64,000 nucleotides of DNA from a virus. Where the stretch lies: positions 118,720-182,719 of IMG/VR virus record IMGVR_UViG_3300036768_001490. The stretch is one strand, 5' to 3'. The notes beneath the pieces are model-generated. The model made no database searches and had not been told where the DNA came from. It saw only the letters and a list, made by a program, of their open reading frames with translations. A program made the translations under genes and the position numbers. Positions 11,710 to 21,005 of the stretch are shown piece after piece; positions within the stretch are counted from its first letter, which is position 1; every line of letters starts with the position of its first letter.

Positions 11710-14577
11710 CTATACCGGGACAGGAGCGCCGGCCTGCGCCTGGGCCAGGGCCGCGTTCCCTGCCGCGCGCCGCGTCTCGTTGCGCTTCTGCGCCATGCGA
11801 TCCTTGACCATCCCGTGCAAGGCCAGGTTGTACTGCTTGAGCTTGCGCAGCTCGCTGTCCTTGACCGACTCGGGCAAGGACAATAACTCGGTCGCCAGGC
11901 TGTCGGCCACGGACAGCATGTCCTCGGGCGACTGGGGCACGTTGGGCGGCACCGAGGCCAGGTAGGCCGTCACGGGGCCCTGGCCCGTCATGGCGCCCAC
12001 CATACCGCCGCCCTGAGTCGCTCCGCCCGCGTCGGGAGCCGACGCGTCCGCAGGCGCGGCACCCAGCTGACCCTTGGCCACCTGCTGGGCGAAGCCGGCC
12101 TGCTGCATCTCCTCCTGGATGCGGGACTGCATCTCGGCCTGGAAGCGGGCCTCCTCCGCGATCCGCCTCTGCTCCTTGTGCCAGTCGTAGCCCAGGTCGC
12201 GCAGCACCGTCGTGCCCGAGATCTGCTGCGACATCATGAGCTGCGCCGCCATCATCTGCTTTTCCAGGTTGTCCGCGATGGTGACACGCTTGAGCTTGGC
12301 CACAATGATCTCCCACGACATGATCTGGGAGACCTGCCGCACCAGCCATTCCAGAAAGGCGTTGGCATCATGGACCAAGTGGTGCCAGGTCGATTCGAAC
12401 AGCCGCAGCGCCACCGGCGCCGTCTGGAGCTGGAGCGAACCGTTGTACAGCTCGACCGGCGTGCCGGCGTCGTTCAATAGCACCTCGTGCCCCTGGTCCA
12501 GCAGGTCGCGCGGGGCCAGTTGATTGGCGTCGGCACCGAACACCTGAAAGTTCACCGGGAAAGGAAAGACCTGGATGGCAGCCGGGTCGCGCCGGCGGCG
12601 GCGGATCATCTGCTGCGCCATCATGCGGAAGTCATGCCCCGAGTACATCGACATGGGGTCCAGGGCCACGCCGCCCCGACTCTGACCCTGGGCCGGCGCC
12701 GGCGTGATGACGCGGAAGGGAATGACGTAGTCCAGGGCAATGGCCTCGTTGAAGCGACGCAGCACCTGCACATACCAGATCTGACGGAAGTTGGACAGGA
12801 TGCGCGGCAGGCCCCAGCCCCGCACCATGATGCCGCTCAGCGTCGGCTCCTTCATGTGAAAGATGGCGTCCGGGTTGAAGCGGTACATCTGGTTGAGGTG
12901 GACGGCCCGGATCACCTCCTTGGGAGCACGCTCCAGGTGGAACAGGTGCCCCCGGCGGACCTGCATCTTGTAATCCTCGGGGATGCGCCACAGGTAAGAA
13001 ACGTCGTCCGTGTACAGGTCGTGCAGGATCTCGATCTCGTGCGGACTCCAGACCTTGATGCGCAGCTTCTTCTCCAGGTCTTCCTGCTCGTCATGGACGA
13101 TCCAGGCCCCCGTGTAGCCGGAACCCACCTTGCAGATGGGGCAGGTGGCATGGAACTCGGGGATCTGCCAGCGGAAGGAGAAGGCCGGGTTGTTATAGAC
13201 CTCCTTGAGGACAAACGAGCTGCCGCACTTGGGGCAACGCAGGAAGCGCCGGAACGGCACCACGACGGAAGCAAAGGAGTTGCCGTAACAGTTGGACGTC
13301 AGCACGCCGTTGGCCAGGACGAAGCTGTGCGTCTCCGGCTCCACGCAACAAAAGACCTCGTCGAAGATGCCAGTACGCCGGACGGCCCGGACGCCCACAG
13401 ACATCTCGTCCGGCCGCACGGACAGGTAGCTGGTCAGGAACCTCTTCCGGTGCCTGCGCCGCAGAAAGTCCTGCGCCAGCAGGAAGGAGCGCAGGAGCGT
13501 GACGTGGTACATCCGGCCGTGGTAAGTGCCAATGCTCCCGTCCGGCCGTACGCACGGACCCACCTGGTCATGGCCATGCACGTGCCCCGCCACCATGCCG
13601 ATCCGCGGCAGCTGCTCCGCGATGGCCTCCAGCGTGGAACGCGACCGCCGCGCCAGGACCACGTGGCCGTGCTCGTCCACGGAGCCCTCCGCGGCTAGCA
13701 GGCCAGCAACGAAGCCGTACCAGTAGGAGGCGCCGCACCGCGCCGGCGGCAGCGCCTGGTAACGGGCCGGCAGGCCAGCGACCATGACCATGCCCGGGTT
13801 GCCGGGCGACTGCTGCACCACATAGCCCGCCGAGGTGAAGCGCGCCAACAGCTCGTCGTCCAGGTCCACACCGAAGCGGGCCGTGCATTGCTCGCCGTCC
13901 AGTAGCAGCAAGTAGCTGGCGCCGAAGGCCAGCCCGTGCAGCACGCCAGCGTCGAAGTCAGCGTCCTGGGGCGGCCGCGGGGCCACTGTCCGCTGGATAC
14001 GGTGGTTGCTGCTCAGCTCCGTGGTCGGCACACGGAACTCCTCTCCCACGCAGGTGTGGACGATCCACTGGTGTTCCGGCGTGGCCAGCACCACACTGCC
14101 GTCGCTAAGCTCCACCTCCAGCAGCTCCTGCTGTCCAAAGGAGTGGAAGGAGGCCGTCCGGTAGACTCCTCCCCGGGACAGCACTTCCACCGTCTGGCCC
14201 GCCAGGTCGCGCAGGCGGAAGACTCCGTCGCGCGTGACAACCTTGACGTCGCCGTGGAAGCACATGCGGTTGCGCAGCTTGTTCTGCAAGACCGTGGTGA
14301 CGTTCAGGACATCGTTGAGGAACGAGGACCACTTCTCCGTCTCCTCCTCGCTGGCGTCCGAGATGTCAATGTCGGTGAGGAAGTAGGAGATGATGCGCTC
14401 CATCGCCATGCGGTACGTGCCGAACATGGAAAAGACGTACTCGCACCAGCGCAGGGCCGAGCGCATGTTGGTCGGCACGCTCAGGCTGGCAATGTCCAGA
14501 AACGGGTCCGGGTACTGCGTGCCGCCGCCTACCCCCGAGAACTGCGAAAACTGGCTGTACAGCGCCAGCTGGCTCAT
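11710..14577 (-). CDS. Phage portal protein with an intein and a zinc-ribbon insertion
   Basis: Spliced junction reads KLRNRM|CYGNSF (portal YGNxF motif); GWGLP..L; coiled C-terminus; CPKC...CPIC directly after the intein. Confidence 0.8.
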   Translation of the reverse strand: MSQLALYSQFSQFSGVGGGTQYPDPFLDIASLSVPTNMRSALRWCEYVFSMFGTYRMAMERIISYFLTDIDISDASEEETEKWSSFLNDVLNVTTVLQNKLRNRMCFHGDVKVVTRDGVFRLRDLAGQTVEVLSRGGVYRTASFHSFGQQELLEVELSDGSVVLATPEHQWIVHTCVGEEFRVPTTELSSNHRIQRTVAPRPPQDADFDAGVLHGLAFGASYLLLLDGEQCTARFGVDLDDELLARFTSAGYVVQQSPGNPGMVMVAGLPARYQALPPARCGASYWYGFVAGLLAAEGSVDEHGHVVLARRSRSTLEAIAEQLPRIGMVAGHVHGHDQVGPCVRPDGSIGTYHGRMYHVTLLRSFLLAQDFLRRRHRKRFLTSYLSVRPDEMSVGVRAVRRTGIFDEVFCCVEPETHSFVLANGVLTSNCYGNSFASVVVPFRRFLRCPKCGSSFVLKEVYNNPAFSFRWQIPEFHATCPICKVGSGYTGAWIVHDEQEDLEKKLRIKVWSPHEIEILHDLYTDDVSYLWRIPEDYKMQVRRGHLFHLERAPKEVIRAVHLNQMYRFNPDAIFHMKEPTLSGIMVRGWGLPRILSNFRQIWYVQVLRRFNEAIALDYVIPFRVITPAPAQGQSRGGVALDPMSMYSGHDFRMMAQQMIRRRRRDPAAIQVFPFPVNFQVFGADANQLAPRDLLDQGHEVLLNDAGTPVELYNGSLQLQTAPVALRLFESTWHHLVHDANAFLEWLVRQVSQIMSWEIIVAKLKRVTIADNLEKQMMAAQLMMSQQISGTTVLRDLGYDWHKEQRRIAEEARFQAEMQSRIQEEMQQAGFAQQVAKGQLGAAPADASAPDAGGATQGGGMVGAMTGQGPVTAYLASVPPNVPQSPEDMLSVADSLATELLSLPESVKDSELRKLKQYNLALHGMVKDRMAQKRNETRRAAGNAALAQAQAGAPVPV
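13291..14262 (-). mobile_element. Intein (324 aa) with a degenerate LAGLIDADG homing endonuclease, in the portal gene
   Basis: Starts CFHGDVKVVT; block B ATPEHQW; FVAGLLAAEGSV; ends VFCCVEPETHSFVLANGVLTSN followed by Cys+1. Confidence 0.92.
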
Positions 14578-14804
14578 GCTGGACCTCCACTACCGCGGCC
14601 GGGACGCTGGCACCCGCGCCCCCGGACCACGTCCGCCATGCGGCTCACGATGTCATCGCCGCAAGCTGGCCCGCCATCTCCCCGGAGAGAACCCTTCTTT
14701 TGCTGCTGGGAACACCCCACGTCGCCGCCAGCGACGTCCGCCGGGTCCGTGTCCGGCTCCGGGACCAGGTCCAGGTCTTCCTGGGTCACGCCGCGCTTTT
14801 CCAT
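14574..14804 (-). CDS. Small hypothetical protein upstream of the portal (76 aa)
   Basis: RBS AGGAGGAAAGG; stop overlaps the portal ATG (ATGA). Confidence 0.7.
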   Translation of the reverse strand: MEKRGVTQEDLDLVPEPDTDPADVAGGDVGCSQQQKKGSLRGDGGPACGDDIVSRMADVVRGRGCQRPGRGSGGPA

Positions 14805-14862
14805 GCCTTTCCTCCTGTCTCTCCCCCGGCGGCAGCCGCCGGCCGTCTACCTGCCAGACGGC

Positions 14863-16185
14863 TCACCGCTCGTCGTAGTCCAGGTGTTCCGTGTCTCCCT
14901 TGACCAGGACAATATGGTCGAAGACGCCAAAGGAATAATGCAGTCCCATGCTGCCCACCGTGAACGACTTCTTGAGATGAGGGACGTGCAGCTTCAGCTG
15001 GGTCTCGCCCAGGTTCGGCGGCAGGTACTGCGTGCCGTCCTCGAAGCGGGTGTCGTAGACCAGCACGACGCAGCCGTCACTGTCAATGACGTCGTGGTAG
15101 CGCGCGCTGTGCTTGCCGGCACCTGGGATCTCGAAAAAGACCTGCCGCTTGGCCCGGTTGCCCACCGGGCCCGTGACCCAGGGCAGGTTGAGCGTCTCGA
15201 AGCCGCCAGTCGGGACTTCTTCCCCTTCCTCGACCCCCGCCGACCGAACGCCCCGCCTGGACCCGCGCCGCCCGGACGGCAAGGTATCCTCCTCGCCAGC
15301 CCGCCCATCTTCCAGGACTTCCTCGGCCTCCTGCATGGGACGGCTGCGCCGGAGACGCGGGTGAACAGGGCTGGACGTACCGTCATCACTCATGTCGCCG
15401 TGGCCAGGTGCCGGACGCTGCCCAACCCCGGCGGCTGGCACGGAAGGCAAGGGGTTCTCCGGAGAACGTTGCGCCACCAGGGCGGCAAGCTGCTGCTGCA
15501 CGCTGACCACCGCCTGCATCATGGCCATGACGTTCGGGTCCGCGGCCGCGGGCGGGACCGGCGCCAGCGGGTGATGATAGACGGCCGGCGCCAGGTAGGT
15601 GGAAGGCAGAACGGCAGGTTCCCGGGGAGGCGGTGGAACCGGCGCCGGCGCCAGATAGGGGGCCGGGCCGGCGACCGGGGTGGCGGCCGGGATGGCCGGT
15701 GCAGCAGGGGAAGGGGAGGGAGCCGGAGCGGCCGGAGAGGAAACGGCGGCCGACGCCGGCGCGCGCTCCCGACCAGAGGAAGACGAAGGGACGTCCGGCG
15801 TGGTAGAAAGGGAGCCCCGCCGTCGCTTCAGCGATGACGACGGCGTGCCCAAAGCGTAAAAAACATGGTGCGGCTGCTGCGCCTGAGCAACCGCCTGCCG
15901 CAACTTCTGCGGATCGACCGAGCAGGGGTCAAACACCACGCCGCCGTCCGGAGCGTCTGGATCAACGTGGACCGGTCCCGGATCGTTGTGGTCGAAACCG
16001 CTGCTCCTACCGTCCGGTAGCGCCGCGGGTATGGTGACAAAATTCTTGACGGGGCCATTGTCGATCTTGCTCAGCTGGTGCGAGTCCGGAGCAAGATAAC
16101 TGGTCCTGTCTGGCGTGTGGCGGACAGCCGACTCGTTCCTGCCATCCGTGCCATCCCACCAGGGAGTCGATCCATTCTCAGCCAT
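14863..16185 (-). CDS. Hypothetical protein with a Pro/Ala-rich middle and a compact beta-rich C-terminal domain
   Basis: Start MAENGST after GGAGAAG; C-terminal GFETLNLPWV...ARYHDVI...VLVYDTRF. Confidence 0.7.
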   Translation of the reverse strand: MAENGSTPWWDGTDGRNESAVRHTPDRTSYLAPDSHQLSKIDNGPVKNFVTIPAALPDGRSSGFDHNDPGPVHVDPDAPDGGVVFDPCSVDPQKLRQAVAQAQQPHHVFYALGTPSSSLKRRRGSLSTTPDVPSSSSGRERAPASAAVSSPAAPAPSPSPAAPAIPAATPVAGPAPYLAPAPVPPPPREPAVLPSTYLAPAVYHHPLAPVPPAAADPNVMAMMQAVVSVQQQLAALVAQRSPENPLPSVPAAGVGQRPAPGHGDMSDDGTSSPVHPRLRRSRPMQEAEEVLEDGRAGEEDTLPSGRRGSRRGVRSAGVEEGEEVPTGGFETLNLPWVTGPVGNRAKRQVFFEIPGAGKHSARYHDVIDSDGCVVLVYDTRFEDGTQYLPPNLGETQLKLHVPHLKKSFTVGSMGLHYSFGVFDHIVLVKGDTEHLDYDER

Positions 16186-16275
16186 AAGGTTTGCTTCTCC
16201 TCTTCCTCCTTCCGCCCGCCATGCCCGTCCCCCCAGCCGCCCGCTCATCCTAGCCTGATAGCTAAAGAAAAGCTA

Positions 16276-16356
16276 GTCTTCCCTGCCACTTCGGAGCAAA
16301 CCACAAGCGGGGGAAGACACACCGGCCAGGTCGGTAAGATACCGACCAGGCCGGTG
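16276..16356. other. Two adjacent intergenic stem-loops
   Basis: GTCTTCCC (16276-83) / GGGAAGAC (16311-18); CACCGGCC-A-GGTCGGTA-aga-TACCGACC-A-GGCCGGTG (16320-56). Confidence 0.6.
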
Positions 16357-16375
16357 ACAGACACGTCATTTACCG

Positions 16376-17842
16376 TTACCGTAGCTGGCAGGAAACCGGA
16401 CGCCCTGAAGGACGCCGACCCGCCCGCTCCGGCAAGGAAACCCTCGGATCAGCCGGGGTAAAGTCGGCCTCGACCCCCGGCAGGGCAATGCGCCAGTTGT
16501 ACCACTGGCGCTTATTGTCCGTGCCGAGTCCCAGTCGAAGAGTCGGAAAGATCCAAGCCTCCAACTCCTCCCGGTAGTACGGCATGCTTGGCTCCACGTC
16601 CCACATCATGTCGTCTACCAGCGTGGCCGAGCTGGAAGCTGCCGCGGCGACCATCACCGACGGCAGGTAGACTACCCCTGGGCGCACACGGACCACCTCA
16701 CGCATGAAGAACATGCGGAGGTAATCGTGCATCCTCCCACCCAGGGAGCGGGTGAGACGGTCCCAGCAGACACTGAGGGGCTTTCGCTCCCACCCGGGCA
16801 CGTCCGTGACGCCTCTCACCACCTCCGTGGCGAGCACCTCGCCTTCCTTGACCAGCGCGCCGTTGGACACCCGGACGTCCGCTCCGGGGCCGAACGCCAC
16901 CACGGTAGGGGGCAGGTCCCCTCCGACCCTCGTCACCATGACCTGGTAGCGCGACGCTTCCCGCCGCACGAATGCAACCCCCCTGTGGGGAGACTTGTAC
17001 GGCGAGAATCCGCGCCCCAGGAAATGGTCGCGGAAATCTTCCGTCACCACGCTACCCTCCAGCGCGCGGTCAGACAGAAGACCATCCAGCTCGCTCTCGT
17101 GTATGCCAAGGTAGCACCTTGGCATCCATACCTCCGGACCTTCCATCCGGTCCGTCAGACCAGGTCCGAAGGCGAACAGCTTCCCCCAGCTGCTCACCCC
17201 GAAACGGGCGGCGAGCTTGTCCCGCCCAGAGGTGACGTCACTCCAGGGAGAGCGGAAGGCAAAGGCCGTGGTGGTCATGGCCCAGTTCAGCCCATTCAGA
17301 ATTCGGAATATTCTGGGCTGGCCACCGGCTGCCGGAAGGACATCGGGGCCTGCCGGAAACGTGATTTCACTGCCTCCCCGCGAAACCACTACCCGGTCGT
17401 GAGGCATCACGCGGAAGTCGCACGACCGGCATCCGTCCGCATGGCACAGGTGTGGCATGCCGAACTTCACCTGGGCCCTTGCCTGGTACGTGGCCAGGTG
17501 GACCTCTCTGGTCTTCTCCTTACCAGAGTGGTCCTTCCCGAGACGGAAGTGACCGGATGGAATGTCCACCATCCAGGCCCAGCGGACTTCCCTGTCCGGG
17601 ACCAGGATGCGGTCCCCCAGGCTCACAATGCCGTCTCCCGCGTACCCGTCCGCGAGGTACGCGGCCAGGCCCACGCACCCACGGAATACCTCCCTCGCAG
17701 GGACGGTCAGCAGCACTTCCCGGTGCTTCTGCCAGTCGCTCACCTCCCCGGCGACTGAGGCGTCCGCCAGGAGACGGACGGAGCCGTCACCCACCTCTAC
17801 CTCTAAGTTACGGTGAGCAGCCGCCTTGGTGACTGACATCAT
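16376..17842 (-). CDS. Hypothetical protein (488 aa) with a possible sandwich-barrel-hybrid motif like those in RNA polymerase subunits
   Basis: RBS GGGAAGGGAAGG; segment AFGPGADVRVSNGALVKEGEVLA resembles the SBHM pattern. No RNAP catalytic motif seen. Confidence 0.6.
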   Translation of the reverse strand: MMSVTKAAAHRNLEVEVGDGSVRLLADASVAGEVSDWQKHREVLLTVPAREVFRGCVGLAAYLADGYAGDGIVSLGDRILVPDREVRWAWMVDIPSGHFRLGKDHSGKEKTREVHLATYQARAQVKFGMPHLCHADGCRSCDFRVMPHDRVVVSRGGSEITFPAGPDVLPAAGGQPRIFRILNGLNWAMTTTAFAFRSPWSDVTSGRDKLAARFGVSSWGKLFAFGPGLTDRMEGPEVWMPRCYLGIHESELDGLLSDRALEGSVVTEDFRDHFLGRGFSPYKSPHRGVAFVRREASRYQVMVTRVGGDLPPTVVAFGPGADVRVSNGALVKEGEVLATEVVRGVTDVPGWERKPLSVCWDRLTRSLGGRMHDYLRMFFMREVVRVRPGVVYLPSVMVAAAASSSATLVDDMMWDVEPSMPYYREELEAWIFPTLRLGLGTDNKRQWYNWRIALPGVEADFTPADPRVSLPERAGRRPSGRPVSCQLR

Positions 17843-17905
17843 AACCTTCCCTTCCCCACCATGACTTCATCATGCACGGCACATCCGCGCATTCCTGAGC
17901 GAAAA

Positions 17906-17941
17906 CAGAAAAGGCCGGACTCCGAAGTCCGGCCTTTTCTG
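17906..17941 (-). terminator. Intrinsic terminator, copy 1 of a conserved family
   Basis: 16-bp perfect arms CAGAAAAGGCCGGACT/AGTCCGGCCTTTTCTG, loop CCGA; U-tract on the minus strand; 26 bp after the CDS stop. Confidence 0.85.
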
Positions 17942-17967
17942 CCAGCGAAGACTACTTATCTCGCTAC

Positions 17968-19728
17968 TTACTCTCCTACAATGGGCAACTCTATCCTTAC
18001 TAGCTTGCCCATCCTATATAACTCAGACCTTCCGTCAGGGTAAACCCAGCGTCCGTGCCGCTCACCCTGACGGTAGCAGACACTCACTCCCCCTCTCGTC
18101 GTCCATCGTCCATGACGGAGGCCGTTTCGATAAGACTCCACCGGCCCTCCGGGGTACGACTCCATTCGGCCGTGGCGAAGGCCGTTGCGATAGCACTCCA
18201 CTCGCCCCGTGCAGGACACCCAACGGCCGTGGGGAAAGCCGTTGCGATAGCGCTCCACGGAGCCCCCGAAGGAAACCCAGAGGCCGTGTCTTTTGCCTCC
18301 GTTGTAGCTGCTTTGGCCCTCCGGGTCGTACCAGCGACCGTGCCACTCACCGTCGCGGTAGTGGCCGACGACGCCACGTCGGCTCCAGATCCAGCGTCCT
18401 TGCCGGAAACCGCGCCTGTAGCGGCCGTAGATTTCGCCGAAGTCTTCCACCCAGCTTCCATGCAGCTTGCCGTCGCAAACGGCGCCGAAACTTAGGCTGC
18501 AGGCCATCGCCAGGAACCTCTTCCGCTTCCTTGCCCTGCGGACCTGGCAATCCGGGTAACGACCACGGACAGCCTCAAGGAGTTCGTCCGGAGCCTCTGG
18601 CCGAAGGACGATCTCCCTGATCTCTAACTCCTCGGCTCTCAGGAAGAAATCTCCCTCTAGCCTTACCCGGCCGCTGGTCAGGCAGTGAGTGACAGCCATT
18701 TCCTGGCCGTCTTTATCACCCTCCTCTCGGGTTGGGACAGAGCTGGGGAGATACCAGCAGGCCCGCAGTCTGGGCCCGCAGTAACTCACCCCGCCTTTTT
18801 TGCTTTTTCCTGATCTTTCGGCAACCGTAACGCGGTTGCCGACGATGACGTAGTCATCGTCATAGATCGTGGGCGAAAGGGTTCCATCCCTTTGTACCAG
18901 GAACACCCTGGTACAGAGCGTCCTCCCATCTTCTCCCTTCATCCCCGGTGGGATGTTGTCACCAGAAGAGGGTGAAGGTCGTCCACTATCGAAGGACGGC
19001 GGCGGAGGGATAACATCCATCATCTCTCCGCACACGTATATCTCTGCTCTTCCGTCTGGCCACAGCCAGACGCCGTGCTCTTTCCCGTAGCGGTATTCGC
19101 CCACAAGCCCACTCGGCCACTTCCAGCGTCCGTGCCGGATGCCTTCGAAGTAGGTCTCCTGGCTCCCGTCGGGATGCCTCCAGATGCCGTGCTGCAGGCC
19201 GTAGCGGTAGCGGCCGGTGCTGCCATCGAAGAACACCCAGCGCCCATGCCGCGTAGTGCCGTTCACCACCGTGCCGTGGGTGCCATCGTCCTTGAGCACC
19301 AGCATCTTCCTCCGCTCCTGTGCCCTTCGGACCCGGCAAGCGGGGTAACGCTGCCGGACGGAATCCAGAAGCTCATCCGGAGCGTCTGGGTGCAGGACGA
19401 TCTCCTGCACCTCCATCTTCTCGGCCCGCAGACCAAGGTCTCCGACCCTGACCCGGCCCCAGGCCAGGCAGTGCATGACTGCCTCGCCTGGACCCACAGG
19501 CACCGCCCTTGGTATCCTCCAGACGGCGTGAAGCCCAGCCTCGTCCCTAACCTCTCCTCCCACGGTGAACCGGTCTGCCTCCATGCGGTGACTGATCCAC
19601 TCAGTCTTCCGCACTGGAGATACCAGGACGCCATCCCCGCGCACCCGGCAGACCCGGGTGCAACGGAGACGTCCGTCCTTGGACCTCATCCCCTCGGGGA
19701 TGATGAGAGAGTCATAGCGTTTGCTCAT
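17968..19728 (-). CDS. Paralogue A: two units of [conserved N-domain + 19-aa MORN-like repeats] (586 aa)
   Basis: DSLIIPEGMRSKDGRLRCTRV...AGLHAVW...WGRVRVGDLGLRAE domain occurs twice; RHGRW..P.G repeats; RBS GGAGGTAGG. Confidence 0.85.
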   Translation of the reverse strand: MSKRYDSLIIPEGMRSKDGRLRCTRVCRVRGDGVLVSPVRKTEWISHRMEADRFTVGGEVRDEAGLHAVWRIPRAVPVGPGEAVMHCLAWGRVRVGDLGLRAEKMEVQEIVLHPDAPDELLDSVRQRYPACRVRRAQERRKMLVLKDDGTHGTVVNGTTRHGRWVFFDGSTGRYRYGLQHGIWRHPDGSQETYFEGIRHGRWKWPSGLVGEYRYGKEHGVWLWPDGRAEIYVCGEMMDVIPPPPSFDSGRPSPSSGDNIPPGMKGEDGRTLCTRVFLVQRDGTLSPTIYDDDYVIVGNRVTVAERSGKSKKGGVSYCGPRLRACWYLPSSVPTREEGDKDGQEMAVTHCLTSGRVRLEGDFFLRAEELEIREIVLRPEAPDELLEAVRGRYPDCQVRRARKRKRFLAMACSLSFGAVCDGKLHGSWVEDFGEIYGRYRRGFRQGRWIWSRRGVVGHYRDGEWHGRWYDPEGQSSYNGGKRHGLWVSFGGSVERYRNGFPHGRWVSCTGRVECYRNGLRHGRMESYPGGPVESYRNGLRHGRWTTRGGVSVCYRQGERHGRWVYPDGRSELYRMGKLVRIELPIVGE

Positions 19729-19749
19729 ATCCTACCTCCGCTGGAGAAG

Positions 19750-19916
19750 CAGCTGGCTTGATAGAATTGACCAGCTTGCTTCTCCCATCACTCGTCCCAG
19801 CTGGACCATCTCCATGCTACCAGCCAGGACCATGAGAACAACCACGGCTCCGCCGTGGTGCCATAAAAACACCACCAGGAAGACCAGCTCTACCACGAGC
19901 GGATCTTCCTGGTGGT
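19750..19916 (-). repeat. Conserved structured leader, copy 1
   Basis: Near-identical to 20713-20878 and 23201-23369; hairpins ACCACGG/CCGTGGT and ACCACCAGGAAGA/TCTTCCTGGTGGT. Confidence 0.9.
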
Positions 19917-19957
19917 ACGCGCACGGCACAACACACATCCTCTCATTCTGAAAGAGG

Positions 19958-20001
19958 AAAAAAAAAAAACAGAAGAGGCAGGACTCCGAAGTCCTGCCTC
20001 T
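19958..20001 (-). terminator. Intrinsic terminator, copy 2
   Basis: AGAGGCAGGACT/AGTCCTGCCTCT, loop CCGA, next to an A12 run (U-tract on the minus strand). Confidence 0.85.
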
Positions 20002-20010
20002 ATATGGCGT

Positions 20011-20685
20011 TTATTCCAGAACGGGCAAACCTATCCTTATAAGTTTGCCCATTTTGTAAACTTCTACCCGGCCGTCCGGGTAGGTCCATTGTCCGTGCGG
20101 TAGGTCGTAGTGGTAGCACTCAGTTCGGCCGTCGGGGTAGATCCAACGGCCATGCGGCATGTCACGACGGTAGTGTCCTACTGTACCGTCGTCACGGACC
20201 CAGCGGCCATGAAACTTGCCGTTCACCACGGTCCCGTGGCTGCCGATCTCCGTCAGGACCAGCATCCTCTTCCGCTTCCTTGCCTTGCGGACACGGCAAG
20301 CAGGGTAGCGCCGCCTGACAGCCTCCAGGATCCCGTCCAGCTCATCGTGGTGCAGGACGATCTCCTGCACCTCCATCACTTCGGCCCGAAGGCCGAAGTT
20401 CCCCACTCTGACTCGGCCCCAGGCGAGGCAGTGAAGGACCGCCATGTACGGGATCTCAGGCACTGCCCGGGGGAGCCACCAGACAGCATGCAACCCCGCC
20501 TCACCGCGCAGGCCGCCGCTGTCGTCGAAGCGGTCAGCTCTCATGCGGTTGCTGGTCCACTCCGTTCTACGGAACGGAGAGACCAGGGTGCCATCCTGGA
20601 TAACACAGCAGACCCGGCTGCAGAGGAGTCTCCCATCGCCTGACCTCATCCCGGGAGGGATGAGAATTGAATCATGGTTGTTCAT
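20011..20685 (-). CDS. Paralogue B: single N-domain + MORN-like repeats (~224 aa)
   Basis: Starts MNNHDSILIPPGMRSGDGRLLCSRV after GAGGT; nearly the same N-terminus as the gene at 62275-63066. Confidence 0.85.
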   Translation of the reverse strand: MNNHDSILIPPGMRSGDGRLLCSRVCCVIQDGTLVSPFRRTEWTSNRMRADRFDDSGGLRGEAGLHAVWWLPRAVPEIPYMAVLHCLAWGRVRVGNFGLRAEVMEVQEIVLHHDELDGILEAVRRRYPACRVRKARKRKRMLVLTEIGSHGTVVNGKFHGRWVRDDGTVGHYRRDMPHGRWIYPDGRTECYHYDLPHGQWTYPDGRVEVYKMGKLIRIGLPVLE

Positions 20686-20712
20686 GGGATTTACCTCGTT
20701 AGGAGGCATAAG

Positions 20713-20947
20713 CAGCTGGCTTGATAGAATTGACCAGCTGATTCTCCCATTGCTCGTCCCAGCTGGACCATCTCCATGCTACCAGCCATGACCATGAGAA
20801 CAACCACGGCTCCGCCGTGGTGCCATAAAAACACCACCAGGAAGACCAGCTCTACCACGAGCGGATCTTCCTGGTGGTGCATGGTTGAACGGTAAAAAAA
20901 GATAGCGCTCTCTGCATCCAGGGAATCGTGCGATCCCTGGATACAGA
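20713..20947 (-). repeat. Conserved structured leader, copy 2, with an additional upstream hairpin
   Basis: Leader core plus TCTGCATCCAGGGA-atcgtgcga-TCCCTGGATACAGA (20911-20947). Confidence 0.9.
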
Positions 20948-20956
20948 GAGTGTTAG

Positions 20957-21005
20957 CGATCACCACCCACCTCTGGTCATGAATGGCCAGGGTGGGTGGT
21001 GATCG
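20957..21005. other. Long stem-loop (15-bp perfect outer stem)
   Basis: CGATCACCACCCACC (20957-71) / GGTGGGTGGTGATCG (20991-21005) with inner CTGGTCA/TGGCCAG. Confidence 0.7.

Noticed and set aside
9867-12349. ORF-track N-terminal extensions of the two glycosyltransferases (also of thyX, paralogues C/D/E and 48611-49648)
   Set aside because: Extensions overlap upstream genes and lack RBS; internal starts with RBS or ATGA coupling fit better
19958-19969. A12 homopolymer as a separate feature
   Set aside because: It is the U-tract of terminator copy 2; its exact length may be a sequencing artefact
19732-20966. 68-aa and 91-aa hydrophobic ORFs in the leaders as membrane peptides or toxins
   Set aside because: Different starts and ends, and copy 3 carries 4-nt and 2-nt frame-breaking indels while keeping the hairpins; conservation is better explained at the nucleic-acid level
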